From IMG/VR virus record IMGVR_UViG_3300021399_000100: a stretch of 64,000 nucleotides of DNA. The stretch is one strand, 5' to 3'. Shown piece by piece: positions 47,863 to 58,492 of this stretch (the stretch's first letter is position 1; each line of letters begins with the position of its first letter). The position numbers were made by a program, and so were the translations under genes. This DNA is from a virus. Its lineage: Duplodnaviria; Caudoviricetes. Below the pieces are notes generated by a model. That model was not told the origin of the DNA. It searched no databases and saw only the letters and a program-made list of their open reading frames with translations.

Positions 47863-49413
47863 ATGGGATACTTCAGCAATTTATCACCAAAGCTATTGCA
47901 GGATAATAAGATGCATATACTGTATCCTGTGAACCTAGCTGTGTCTACTAGTTATAAAGATACTAATACTATACATAATTCTAACAGCAATACATTAAAA
48001 CTAGAAGCATCGTGTGGTACTATATGGACTGATAGTATGGACGGGCGCAAGAGCTCTGTTGGATTTATCCATAATAATGATTTTTATAGCTTGCCGTTCA
48101 GACACCCTATATTTTACAAAGCGTTGTCTATGTTTAATGGGTCAGCAGAAGAGAAAGGTGATATTTCTATGTATAATGTATGGAGCTATGGCCATATGCT
48201 AAGCCCTGCATATTATTTTTCTCCACATTTTGCTGACAGTAATATGAGCGACGTGGCTAGATTTATCAGTACGGATTCTGTAAACGGTACACCCTTGTAC
48301 AGATTATCTAGCTATATCAATATATATGACCCTAAATTGTCTTCATTCTATTCAAAGTTCACCATAGGTTCTGATAGAGTAGAAACTTATTTCTATCCAT
48401 CAGAGTTTTCTCAGAAATATGGATTGTGGACTCAGGAATACATTTCGGGGCAGCCTATCAAAGATGAACTGCGTGTCAATGTAGATACGATGTTAAAATA
48501 TTTGGTCGATGTTAATCGTAACAGCAATTCATATTCGTGGTGGAGCATTCATGACGATATAAGATATGGTCTCTCTGGGTATAGATGGTGGGGAACATGG
48601 CAGCAGACACGTTTCCATCCACGTTTTGTACGTCTCTTCCCTATATACGTAAAAGACGAAACTACTGTATCAAATGCTAGAGGAGAACTAGAAGACTTTA
48701 AAGAGATGGTTGCTTGGCAAAAAGATATGGCACCGAGACCACCTGAAGAGTTCAGGTCAGACATGCTTGGTATCAATGACATGTCTTCAGTATATATCCA
48801 AAAGCATGACGTTGGTGAAAATAGATTCGAAGACGCGGTAAGCAATCATTCTATAGATCTTATATCTATGGGAGATACAGGTAATCCAAATCCAGGTGAA
48901 GAGAAGGCCAGATTCGTAGGTATATGCGATAATGCTATCACTTATGGCTTTGTGAAGAATACTAATTATGTAAAGATATATAGTGCCGATACTAAATGGA
49001 TATCTGTTCCTTTCCAGGACAAGATGGCTATAGAATATGTTCCTAATAATCCAATATTTAATGTAATTAATTATTCATATCCAGAATATGGAGAAGGATT
49101 GTATACAGACAAATATCTGGCTCCACGGAATCTAGATATGGTCATCCGCTCGTATAATGTATATAATGTAGAGAGGAGGGCTTTAGGATGGCAAGGCAGC
49201 GGTTATAATAATAGAAAGCTCAAAGTATTGTTTAGTGATAACCCCATTATAAGCTATATGTCTTCTCGCAGCGGCGTGTATCGATTATATAACAGTGCAA
49301 ATATGATCAATTCAATCAAATGGATTACCGATTCGAATGGGATGCTTGTGATGAAATTTGAAAATACTGCAGATATGCTTATAGATAACGTCGTTCCTAA
49401 TGTGAACGTATAA
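47863..49413 (+). CDS. hypothetical virion protein
   Basis: 516 aa in late operon, aromatic/beta-rich. Confidence 0.6.
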   Translation: MGYFSNLSPKLLQDNKMHILYPVNLAVSTSYKDTNTIHNSNSNTLKLEASCGTIWTDSMDGRKSSVGFIHNNDFYSLPFRHPIFYKALSMFNGSAEEKGDISMYNVWSYGHMLSPAYYFSPHFADSNMSDVARFISTDSVNGTPLYRLSSYINIYDPKLSSFYSKFTIGSDRVETYFYPSEFSQKYGLWTQEYISGQPIKDELRVNVDTMLKYLVDVNRNSNSYSWWSIHDDIRYGLSGYRWWGTWQQTRFHPRFVRLFPIYVKDETTVSNARGELEDFKEMVAWQKDMAPRPPEEFRSDMLGINDMSSVYIQKHDVGENRFEDAVSNHSIDLISMGDTGNPNPGEEKARFVGICDNAITYGFVKNTNYVKIYSADTKWISVPFQDKMAIEYVPNNPIFNVINYSYPEYGEGLYTDKYLAPRNLDMVIRSYNVYNVERRALGWQGSGYNNRKLKVLFSDNPIISYMSSRSGVYRLYNSANMINSIKWITDSNGMLVMKFENTADMLIDNVVPNVNV

Positions 49414-49421
49414 TATATTAG

Positions 49422-49450
49422 AAAGCCTAGTTCTTAAACGGCTAGGCTTT
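49422..49450. terminator. Terminator between convergent late operons
   Basis: aaagcctag/ctaggcttt. Confidence 0.7.
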
Positions 49451-50740
49451 ATTTTTATTACCATGAACCAAATCATGAATATCTGTCATATATATCGTAC
49501 ATTGATCAGCTTCTATAGTGACATCTATCACATCCTGACTGGATGGAGAAGAAACTCCTGCTAAATTAATATTGTTGAAATTATTAGTATACGACGCAAA
49601 TCTACATCCCATAAGGCAGATAGCCATAACAGATGTATGTTCTGCAGCTAAAGAATTAATAGCTGATATAGCATTTGATGCCTTAGACCTTAACAACATT
49701 CGGCCTGCAGGTGTATCATTGAAGAATGATCTTGCATCATGTATATATATCGTCATATTGAACTTCTGTAGATTCAAAGGAATGAACTCACGCATATATG
49801 TTGTATCATAGATAGCATTCATAAAGCCGTGCATCATTCTAGAGGTCTTCATATCTACAGTTTCATTCAATCTCATATTGAATTTCACATTCAGATAATT
49901 ATTCTCATCTATGTAATATGTAGTAAGTATATCCCCGAGATCTATAGAAGATATCATATATGCATGATTCTTGATTAATTCGTAGAACATCTTACAGCTT
50001 CTCATGAAGTCTGCTACTCTAGTGTCTTCTATATTTGCATAGTCACTCGAATTATCATGGAACAAAGGCTGCTCTGTTGGTGTGACGGTTATCTTGCTAT
50101 CTGCTACAACCCGTTGATTATTAATGGCTTGATTTCTAGCGTCTTCTAAATCTGCTATTTCATTTCTCAGAATCTCTGCTTCCCACGGATTACTTGACCC
50201 AGCTAATTCTTGCAGCTTTGTATTGATCATATCATTATAGAATGCTATCTCTGCATCATATTCATCAGAGTCAGCTTCTACTGGTGGAGCATTCAGATCA
50301 GATGTTTCTACATATGTGTCTATGGAAGGAACCCCGCATAGTTTCATATATAACCATTCAGCTGCCGTTAATATGCATCCATTGACGCATGGCACAAGAT
50401 AATTCATATCTATATTATACGGACATGGTTGCAGATCTATTCCATTATTTATAGAATCATCAATAGTATTTTTATATTTATATGCTAGCTCAGATTCTAG
50501 GTATGACGAATAATCTCTAGGAGGTAACTGCATGATTTTCTGCATGTCGCCAAAGAATGGAGAATAAGTAAAGTCTACATCTACAGTAACAAATGGAATA
50601 AAAGGATCATCTAATCGACTATATCCTGTCTTTTCAGACCCTAATCGATGTTCATTCAAGCCACCTTTAAGTGCTACACATGAATCATTCTCTCTTGTGC
50701 CGTTGGCAAGAAAATCTTTATGTCTATATTTTCCCAGCAT
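49442..50740 (-). CDS. Putative tail-tube-related baseplate protein (gp54-like)
   Basis: LNETVDMK...YD...P.NLQKFNMTIYIHD tube-fold pattern; late operon. Confidence 0.4.
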   Translation of the reverse strand: MLGKYRHKDFLANGTRENDSCVALKGGLNEHRLGSEKTGYSRLDDPFIPFVTVDVDFTYSPFFGDMQKIMQLPPRDYSSYLESELAYKYKNTIDDSINNGIDLQPCPYNIDMNYLVPCVNGCILTAAEWLYMKLCGVPSIDTYVETSDLNAPPVEADSDEYDAEIAFYNDMINTKLQELAGSSNPWEAEILRNEIADLEDARNQAINNQRVVADSKITVTPTEQPLFHDNSSDYANIEDTRVADFMRSCKMFYELIKNHAYMISSIDLGDILTTYYIDENNYLNVKFNMRLNETVDMKTSRMMHGFMNAIYDTTYMREFIPLNLQKFNMTIYIHDARSFFNDTPAGRMLLRSKASNAISAINSLAAEHTSVMAICLMGCRFASYTNNFNNINLAGVSSPSSQDVIDVTIEADQCTIYMTDIHDLVHGNKNKA

Positions 50741-50748
50741 CTTTTGTA

Positions 50749-51351
50749 TTAAGAAATGTATCGTTCCTGTGGATCTGTTATATTATCATCAGACTGTGTG
50801 CTATAAATGAAATCTTGCTCTATCTTATTGACATAGAACTTACATTCGATATTACGTGTCTCTATTGCATTAGTAGTATAATCTATCACAATATTAGTTG
50901 ATACGTCATTAAACGTGGATTCTTTGCATTCGAATCGAATTACAGCAGCACCAGCTGCATCTGTCAGCATTACAGTAAACATTGGCACAAATTTAGTGTC
51001 AAAGTCTGTATTGTAATAGATCATAATGTCATTAAGGATAGCCCATATAATATACGAGCTATCTAGTTTGAATGTTACATTGACTTCACCTTGTGTGAAT
51101 ACTGCAGGATGATTAGGGTCTCTAAATGTGCGTCCATGAGGATGTCTCTGATCTTGCTGCTTGATATTGCTTCGCGACGTAACCGGAACTAATGCAACCT
51201 TTTGTAAATGAGCATTAAGATATTCTGTCAGATTAGGATATATGCACATCCTCTGAGACAGATAAGGGTAATACTTGCTCTCTACCTCAGCAGGCACAAA
51301 TCCTTGGGGCACCCTAAATATAAATTGTTTTGACGTAGACGCTGTAATCAT
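50749..51351 (-). CDS. Tail tube-like protein (gp19/gp3 fold)
   Basis: 200 aa; VNVTFKLD...W...; ends IECKFY, typical of tube-fold proteins. Confidence 0.45.
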   Translation of the reverse strand: MITASTSKQFIFRVPQGFVPAEVESKYYPYLSQRMCIYPNLTEYLNAHLQKVALVPVTSRSNIKQQDQRHPHGRTFRDPNHPAVFTQGEVNVTFKLDSSYIIWAILNDIMIYYNTDFDTKFVPMFTVMLTDAAGAAVIRFECKESTFNDVSTNIVIDYTTNAIETRNIECKFYVNKIEQDFIYSTQSDDNITDPQERYIS

Positions 51352-51358
51352 TTGAGTA

Positions 51359-52048
51359 TCACTCAGTTATATCTATATTTTTTGTTGTGTTTCCTTTAAC
51401 TTGCACTGTAGGCGTTGCTGTAGTTCCTCCAGGGCATGAATGCGTGTGAGTATTGAACATTTGTATGAAATCTGATGTGACTACTTTTTTATTGCCTTTA
51501 GAACCTATCTTGAGCTTCTTGCAATCAAGGTCTATAGTATTAGCTTTCAAAGTAATCTTATCTTCTCCCATATCTATTGTCATGCCGTTCCCTTTAGCAT
51601 TCTGGATAGTAATATTATTGTCAGGCGATATAGTTATCTGATTAGAGCCTGTTTCTGTTTTGAGTTCGATTTGAAACCCTTTACTATCAGTATACATGAC
51701 AACGATGTGCTGACCGTTCTTAGTATTGATAGCTTTACCTCCTTGAACACTTTGGCCCAAGTTCTCTTGGTTCATCAGTACTACACCGTTCTGATAATCA
51801 GAATCATTCATATGTACTGTAGGAAACGGACAAAAATAATAATAGGTCTCATCATCCTTCAATACATTAACTTTAGACCCTAAAGGAGGAATCTGGTTAT
51901 ATATAAGAGGTGTTGCCCACGGAAGGTCATCTGTGGGGATCTGAGGTTGGCCAGCATCTTGGTCCGTATGAACACCAAATAATCTTACCTTGACTCTATT
52001 AAAATGTCTAGGGTCGGTATTATCTTCAACTATCCCTGTGAATATCAT
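51359..52048 (-). CDS. Baseplate spike/hub protein (gp5 N-terminal OB fold, gpV-like tip)
   Basis: FTGIVEDNTDP....RVKVRLFGVH...LPWA; C-terminal NTHTH iron-binding tip; no lysozyme domain. Confidence 0.85.
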   Translation of the reverse strand: MIFTGIVEDNTDPRHFNRVKVRLFGVHTDQDAGQPQIPTDDLPWATPLIYNQIPPLGSKVNVLKDDETYYYFCPFPTVHMNDSDYQNGVVLMNQENLGQSVQGGKAINTKNGQHIVVMYTDSKGFQIELKTETGSNQITISPDNNITIQNAKGNGMTIDMGEDKITLKANTIDLDCKKLKIGSKGNKKVVTSDFIQMFNTHTHSCPGGTTATPTVQVKGNTTKNIDITE

Positions 52049-52511
52049 AATCCTTAGTATGTATAACTTCTTGATTATTACTACCTACCCATTTCTTCTT
52101 AGGGCTAGTCCTTGATTTAATGAATTTACCTGTACACAACACATCTGCAAGCTTAAATACTTCGCTCAATGTACTGTCGTCTATTATCGCCTGTGTTTCG
52201 AACCCAGTATATACCCATATCGTCTTTGTTTGCCCAAATCTTTCTCTGAATCTACGAAGGATTCCTAGGAATTCTTCTCCTCCAAATAAGGGGTCTCCTC
52301 CTGTAAAGGTGATGCCATCTATATATGGATGGTCTACCATGTCGAAAAGTTCATTTTCTTTTTCTTCTGTAAATAGCTCTCCAGCATCAAATGAATGTGT
52401 CTGTGGATTGAAGCAACCAGGACAATTCCATTTACAGCCTGCAAAAAAGGCAACCACGCGTAAACCTTCGCCGTTTACATCGTCTGCGGGATATACATGT
52501 ATAATTCTCAT
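52026..52511 (-). CDS. nrdG: Anaerobic ribonucleotide reductase activating protein (radical SAM)
   Basis: VNGEGLR...GCKWNCPGCFNPQT, GITFTGGDPL, WVYTGF, GSNNQ. Confidence 0.93.
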   Translation of the reverse strand: MRIIHVYPADDVNGEGLRVVAFFAGCKWNCPGCFNPQTHSFDAGELFTEEKENELFDMVDHPYIDGITFTGGDPLFGGEEFLGILRRFRERFGQTKTIWVYTGFETQAIIDDSTLSEVFKLADVLCTGKFIKSRTSPKKKWVGSNNQEVIHTKDYDIHRDS

Positions 52512-52572
52512 GTTATTGTATTTTTAATTCAGTATAGTGATATATTTACGTGAATTCGTGTCCTTAAAAAAT

Positions 52573-52604
52573 AACAGGAGAGGGTGTTCAGTTCCTCTCC
52601 TGTT
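52573..52604 (-). terminator. Terminator after SSB gene
   Basis: aacaggagagg/cctctcctgtt with adjacent A-tract on + strand. Confidence 0.7.
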
Positions 52605-52626
52605 TGAATATATTATCGAACCGCGA

Positions 52627-53868
52627 TTACATATCGGAAAATCCACCAGTGTTGAATGGATTAGATGCTTTCCCCTCCATGTTTCCAACAAATGGATTAG
52701 CTGGCTCTTTAGCACCAAATGGATTCGATTGCGGAGTAGTTGCTCCTCCGAAAGGATTAGCTGTACTCATTTGTGGCATATGACCTTGTGAGATCGCAGC
52801 AGCTGCTGTTCCTGCAGACGTTGCCATAGTAGTATTGATCTCATTGTAACGTTGTTCAAATTTAGCCCATACTTCTTCAGCAGCAGCAGCAGTAAATTTG
52901 CTCAAATCATATTTGACCAAGTTATCTGCAGTTACTTTCAAGTTCTTGAATGCTGCATAGAACTGAGCTTTCCATGCCTTGAATGCGTTCATATCGGTTC
53001 CGACAGTGACATATGCATTTGATGCAGTCTGGACTAGCTTGTCCATGCCTTGCGCGTAAGTTTGCAAACTTACGTTATATTCAAGTCGTCTGTCGCGGCT
53101 TTCATCATATGTCAGATTAATAACGATAGCCCTTGAGCTCGAAGGTACGACGAGTTCTGATAACTGGTCATACAGACCCTGCTCTTCAAATGCCTTGCCC
53201 ATTGAGTATGAAATTCTGAACAACACGAACTTGCCGACGGTTTCAGGATTGTTCTTGTTGCTGATTATCTGACACAATAAGAACTTGTTGTCGATTGTGC
53301 GGACTGTAGCCTTTCGCAAAGTATTATTGTCTTTAAGTGCAGTTAACATTTTCTGCAATACTTCGTCTCGGCCTCCTGCTACACGAGGAGAGATCTCATT
53401 AAAGATAGGATCACCCTCACCTGAAGGATCATTGATCAATGTAGAGATTGAATTGAACACCGAAATAGATGTGTGTGGGTCCTTCATAATAGGGTATGGA
53501 CGGACAGTAACAATGTTGCTCTCTTTGTAATTTAGAGAGAAGACTCCTTCTTCGGAAATTGGAACATAACCGAGATCACCAACTTGCGCAGTAACTTGCG
53601 AGCTTTCAACATTATCCAACCAGTCATCTCCGTCAAACTCTGATTCAGGCATTGCAAATTGCATAATACCTTTAGACTCATTAGACTGAAGTCCTGGTTC
53701 GGCTTCGTTGGCCACTAACGATTCATTGATAGGCTCTTCTACAGGATCACTTGGAATCGTGCTAGTGCCTGCTACAAATGGGTTGTAACTTGCAGCTTCA
53801 CGAGCGGCCTTTTCTGCAGCCAAACGCTTCTTGCGTTGATACTGCGTTTCTTTTACTTCTGCTGACAT
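52627..53868 (-). CDS. Single-stranded DNA-binding protein (T4 gp32-like), tentative
   Basis: VRPYP, LCQIISNKNNPETVGKFVLFRIS core; low-complexity tails with NPF repeats; TGATTATAT at 53928(-). Confidence 0.6.
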   Translation of the reverse strand: MSAEVKETQYQRKKRLAAEKAAREAASYNPFVAGTSTIPSDPVEEPINESLVANEAEPGLQSNESKGIMQFAMPESEFDGDDWLDNVESSQVTAQVGDLGYVPISEEGVFSLNYKESNIVTVRPYPIMKDPHTSISVFNSISTLINDPSGEGDPIFNEISPRVAGGRDEVLQKMLTALKDNNTLRKATVRTIDNKFLLCQIISNKNNPETVGKFVLFRISYSMGKAFEEQGLYDQLSELVVPSSSRAIVINLTYDESRDRRLEYNVSLQTYAQGMDKLVQTASNAYVTVGTDMNAFKAWKAQFYAAFKNLKVTADNLVKYDLSKFTAAAAEEVWAKFEQRYNEINTTMATSAGTAAAAISQGHMPQMSTANPFGGATTPQSNPFGAKEPANPFVGNMEGKASNPFNTGGFSDM

Positions 53869-53960
53869 ACGTAAAAATAAAATAAATAAAATACTATTGT
53901 TTAATAAGATACATTGCTCTTACATTTATATAATCATCTAAAAATACTTATATTTCTGCT

Positions 53961-54338
53961 TTACTTGAAGAAATATCTCGTCAATACAGTATTTTGTACT
54001 ATGATATCGATAACACATATAGGCTCATCATTGACGTTATAAGCCTTGCATTGTACTCTGATATCGACACCATCAGGCTTAACAATCCATTCATTAATAG
54101 CTCCCTGTACTATCCTTTCTATCTCACCACACTGCACTGTGGTTTCAAATATATAATGTTCCAGATCTATACCGAATGTAGGCTTCTCTATAAATTCTCC
54201 AGGCTTTGTGAACAACAGCATTTCTATCTGCTGGACCATAATATCCCACTCGTTGCTCAATTCAGTGAGATTATATCTGTACCTGCGATGGGTATCAGGA
54301 AAAGCAAATATATCGAAAGCCATACATGTAAATACCAT
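53961..54338 (-). CDS. Baseplate wedge gp25-like (GPW/gp25 family)
   Basis: QQIEMLLFTKPGE...PTFGIDLEHYIFE. Confidence 0.8.
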   Translation of the reverse strand: MVFTCMAFDIFAFPDTHRRYRYNLTELSNEWDIMVQQIEMLLFTKPGEFIEKPTFGIDLEHYIFETTVQCGEIERIVQGAINEWIVKPDGVDIRVQCKAYNVNDEPICVIDIIVQNTVLTRYFFK

Positions 54339-54358
54339 ATATTGTATTTACATCGCAA

Positions 54359-55606
54359 ATGTTCCCTAGGAAACAATATACATATCGTTCAGGAGGTTCA
54401 GTTGATTCTTTTAGTACTCCCATAAGAATGCTATGGCATGATAATATGCCGATAGGGTCTTTTGCATACCCTTACAAAAGTGAAACGGACGGAACTTCTA
54501 TATGGGACGATGATAATATAGATGACGTTTTTGCTATTTATACGTTAGGAGGTTGGCAATTCTGTCAGACAGATAGAAAAGAAGGTAATATCTTCAAGAT
54601 GTGGAAGATGGGCAGAGAAGGCGTGCCTGGTGATGCAACAGGAAAATTATACCGCACGTCACGTATAGCCTATCATTTGAACCCAAATACTCCATGCGGA
54701 AACATATTCATGAGAGAAATGCCTAGAGGGAACAATGACCCAGAATGGAGATTCTTGACATTCAATGTGTTACCTTTTCTAAACGCATATTATAACTATA
54801 ATGGGTCTACTGTAGAGGATGACGTAAGGAAATATATAATATGTTCTTCGTCGGATTGCAATGTACCTAATGAGTGGACATATACTCTTCATCTGGCTCC
54901 TAGATACGTGCTTACAAGCAATGACAATCGGGAAATAAAGGCTATATCAAAAGACACACCTGCCGGGATAGGAAAGGATTATTATAGTGTAGAGCAAGCA
55001 TCTAGGACTATTACCGGGCCATTCTCTAGTTCAGGTAGTTATGATACTCCTAATAATATACATGTTTCGTGGGGAGAATGGATGGGTGTCCGAACTAATA
55101 ATGATGACCGGAGAAAATATCGATATTTTGAAATCGATGTGCTAGAGAATAACAATAATGGCATGATGTTCACTAAGACAGACAGTCACCTAGCAGTCTA
55201 TAGTATATTCAATAATGAATCGTCGTACAAGAGACTCATATGGATTCTAAATCACCAAGATATACCTTCAGCAGGAGCCGCCGAAACAATAGATACTGCC
55301 CTAGAAACTATAGATGGTAGAAATCTATATTCATGCCATAAAATAGGGGACGAGCTGAGATTGAAATTAGGTGACCAGATAAGAATGGATGATGTTACAC
55401 TATTCTTATTCGATAGCTGTGAAAACGATGAGGAAAGAGCCGTCATAAGAGATACGCTGCTGGCAAAATATGGCACGGTCATAAAGAACATGGGCAGTCC
55501 AAACCCTTATCCATTACTGTGCTATAAGCCAAATATAGATATTCTTCCAGAAGGCAGTGCAACTTTAGAATTATTCAAAGAACAATGTACTATACGTAGA
55601 AACTAG
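54359..55606 (+). CDS. hypothetical virion protein
   Basis: 415 aa; GTAAATA at 54328. Confidence 0.6.
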   Translation: MFPRKQYTYRSGGSVDSFSTPIRMLWHDNMPIGSFAYPYKSETDGTSIWDDDNIDDVFAIYTLGGWQFCQTDRKEGNIFKMWKMGREGVPGDATGKLYRTSRIAYHLNPNTPCGNIFMREMPRGNNDPEWRFLTFNVLPFLNAYYNYNGSTVEDDVRKYIICSSSDCNVPNEWTYTLHLAPRYVLTSNDNREIKAISKDTPAGIGKDYYSVEQASRTITGPFSSSGSYDTPNNIHVSWGEWMGVRTNNDDRRKYRYFEIDVLENNNNGMMFTKTDSHLAVYSIFNNESSYKRLIWILNHQDIPSAGAAETIDTALETIDGRNLYSCHKIGDELRLKLGDQIRMDDVTLFLFDSCENDEERAVIRDTLLAKYGTVIKNMGSPNPYPLLCYKPNIDILPEGSATLELFKEQCTIRRN

Positions 55607-55615
55607 TAATACTAT

Positions 55616-56911
55616 ATGCATACTATTTATATAAATGAAAATATAGCTGTTCAAGTTGAATCAGCCAAGATAGCGGGATCATTATATAAGCATGTGTCTT
55701 ATGTCAACAATGATAAATATATGTGGATTCCTCAGGGTAGAAATATTCCTGGAGGGTTCGAATCTTATGGTACATTGCAGACCCTTAGCACAACTCATAT
55801 GACTATATGGTTCAATAACATATCAACCGTCAAAGAGGCTGTTATTAAATTTATTGCAACATATAATAATTCTAGTGTAGACATATGGAGTGATGACGAA
55901 GTACATTATGCCTCATATAAAGAAAGGATATCTAATATCGAATTTGACAGATATATAGATGTGTTCTTACCTGATACTGCTTCATTGAGATCTCTATTTC
56001 CTGATCAATGGAATGACGGAGAACGTGCATCTATAAGTGCGAAGCTGTATATCGTTAACAAAAATGATAATAACACAGAAGCAGCTACGCTAGAGGAGCA
56101 GGTTGAAGAGCCATTCTTTACTTTTAGTATAAACGACCCAAATAAAGATATAGTAGGTATAGAAGCCGTACCTAATGGTAATCATATAGATGTTACTATA
56201 ACCACGTCAAATGCCACAGCATTCGCGAAGAAGCACAATAAAGGATATGCATGTTACACCATCACCCAATATACACACGATGGCATGGTGGACACATCAG
56301 ATACTATAACTGGAGTAGCTGAACGCCGTAAAGTGAGGTCTGATAAATATCTTATCAGTCTAGATAGCGCTCTTGCTGACGGCTCACTAGCATTCGCAAT
56401 CACACCGTCTGTCCTAGACATCTCTGTGAGTGAGGTTGTTATTGAAGCAAGCGCAACATTTTGGTATGATGACAATACGTCGCTGGCTGATAAGCATACT
56501 GGTATCTTAGACACTAATGCAGTATACATAACAAGAGACCCTGTTTCTCTAGCAGATAAAATACCATTGTCAAATGGTTTTTACGATGTAACATGGGACG
56601 ATGCATTAGTAGTGTACGCAGGTTCTGCTGCTAATTTTGTAGAGAGCCATAGATATGACCACGTACCCGGGCCAAGTTCCTTGAACGTGTACAATTGTAT
56701 CAAAGTATCATCCCCTAATGAAAATGCGTCAAAAACTAATGGATATACATTGTTCAAAGTGAACGTCGATAAAGAACAAGCTATATCTACTCCGACATCT
56801 ATTATAGTGCCTTATCATGATGTGATATGTACTGTAGGTGTTGCTGCACTCGAAAATATTGAAAATCATGCAGATACTACTCGTAACGATATATGGACAA
56901 GTCAGAAATAA
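55616..56911 (+). CDS. hypothetical virion protein
   Basis: 431 aa beta-rich, late operon. Confidence 0.6.
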   Translation: MHTIYINENIAVQVESAKIAGSLYKHVSYVNNDKYMWIPQGRNIPGGFESYGTLQTLSTTHMTIWFNNISTVKEAVIKFIATYNNSSVDIWSDDEVHYASYKERISNIEFDRYIDVFLPDTASLRSLFPDQWNDGERASISAKLYIVNKNDNNTEAATLEEQVEEPFFTFSINDPNKDIVGIEAVPNGNHIDVTITTSNATAFAKKHNKGYACYTITQYTHDGMVDTSDTITGVAERRKVRSDKYLISLDSALADGSLAFAITPSVLDISVSEVVIEASATFWYDDNTSLADKHTGILDTNAVYITRDPVSLADKIPLSNGFYDVTWDDALVVYAGSAANFVESHRYDHVPGPSSLNVYNCIKVSSPNENASKTNGYTLFKVNVDKEQAISTPTSIIVPYHDVICTVGVAALENIENHADTTRNDIWTSQK

Positions 56912-58491
56912 AGTTCAAATATAGATCAGGGTCCACTGTTGTAACTATACCATCAAGCATAGGACTTGGAGAATATTATGTCAATACCAGTTCGGGCTTC
57001 ATGTATCTGAAGAGTAACAATACCACAGACAACAGCTTGTTGTTTCCTGGTATCATTTTTTCAACAGTAGACGACGGAGCAGCAGATGATGATCTTCAGC
57101 CTAATGATACATATATTAATGCTACTGGCAAGCATTATCTGTTGTTTGAGAAATATGGAGTTAATTCTGGAAGATTCGTACCAGGAACTATTTCATCTAT
57201 ATGTATAGTCCATGCTGATTTAGCAGAGATTATAAATAATGCTATTAAGGTCAAGGTAGATTCTTCTTATATTACCCGTGTGACTAGTGAACTCGCTAAA
57301 GGTGCTCCAGTCTTTGCTGTTATAGGATATACAGATGATAGTTATAAGCTGAAGAATCAATTCGGGTCATCCTCTATGGTGAAATTACGAGATATAGATT
57401 CTAATGGATACGCTACTGTCGATTATGTAGTGAGTGGGTATCTCTTAATGAAAAATCCGCCAACATCGGATAATATTATCAATCTAGGAGTTACTGGTAT
57501 GTCCTGGCATATATATGACGAAGATATCACTCTAGAGGATGGCACACATATGTATGGAACTGTTCGTTTGATACGCCGATCAAATGAATACGCTCTAGAC
57601 ATATATACACCATACGCATCTGTATGCAACCGATCATGCGTTACTGTATATGAAAATGTCCAAAACGGATTCAGAATATCTATAGAGAATGATTCTACAG
57701 ATCGGTCTGTCGGATGTTTCATATCCACTACAACACAACTATCTGTTAAGGAAGCCCTTACATTTGCATTGTCATATCTTCCGATGGTATACGGGAAAGT
57801 AGCAACATATAGAAGTGGCAAAAAAGTATTCCCTGCTATAGCATCAGATGCTACTATAGCAATATCTATAGACAAAGCAAATCTATCTAACGGCATTGTC
57901 AACAGCCTAATGCACGCAGGTATACACAATATCAAAACACCTTCACGTACAGATAGCTTCGTTACTCTTAAAGTTATCAAGAGCAATAATACATTTTTAA
58001 AGGAATCTGTACCAGTTCTAGGAGGTCTAGAATTAAAAGTACAACCTCATAAATGTAGTATACCTGTTTGGGTGATAGATACGGATGATTATGAGAACGT
58101 TCCTGTCAGCTTCATACATGGAACTATATTTGGAGACGAGATGACATCGGATGCATTGAGCGCTTACAATCTTAATAATGACTGGAATATCTCATTGAAT
58201 AACAATATGTTAGATGAATTATCAGGATCTACAGAGTTCGTCCATATATCGTCTATGTATGCAACGCACAGAGAAACTCTACTAGGAGGAGATAATACAT
58301 GGACCCCTAATAGTAATGCTCGTGCAGCAGAACCTGTGTTCCTGATAATAGATTATCAGAAGATGTCATTGGATTTATCTGGGAGATCACAGTCCAACAC
58401 TGCAACAATCCGTAAATACATAAGATTGAGCAACCAACAAGACACCACAATATCAACGCCTCAAGGTGATATAACTATAGACATTTCGTAA
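56893..58491 (+). CDS. hypothetical virion protein
   Basis: 532 aa; N-terminal LGEYYVNTSSGFMYLK resembles tail-fibre attachment segments. Confidence 0.55.
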   Translation: MDKSEIKFKYRSGSTVVTIPSSIGLGEYYVNTSSGFMYLKSNNTTDNSLLFPGIIFSTVDDGAADDDLQPNDTYINATGKHYLLFEKYGVNSGRFVPGTISSICIVHADLAEIINNAIKVKVDSSYITRVTSELAKGAPVFAVIGYTDDSYKLKNQFGSSSMVKLRDIDSNGYATVDYVVSGYLLMKNPPTSDNIINLGVTGMSWHIYDEDITLEDGTHMYGTVRLIRRSNEYALDIYTPYASVCNRSCVTVYENVQNGFRISIENDSTDRSVGCFISTTTQLSVKEALTFALSYLPMVYGKVATYRSGKKVFPAIASDATIAISIDKANLSNGIVNSLMHAGIHNIKTPSRTDSFVTLKVIKSNNTFLKESVPVLGGLELKVQPHKCSIPVWVIDTDDYENVPVSFIHGTIFGDEMTSDALSAYNLNNDWNISLNNNMLDELSGSTEFVHISSMYATHRETLLGGDNTWTPNSNARAAEPVFLIIDYQKMSLDLSGRSQSNTATIRKYIRLSNQQDTTISTPQGDITIDIS

Positions 58492-58492
58492 T

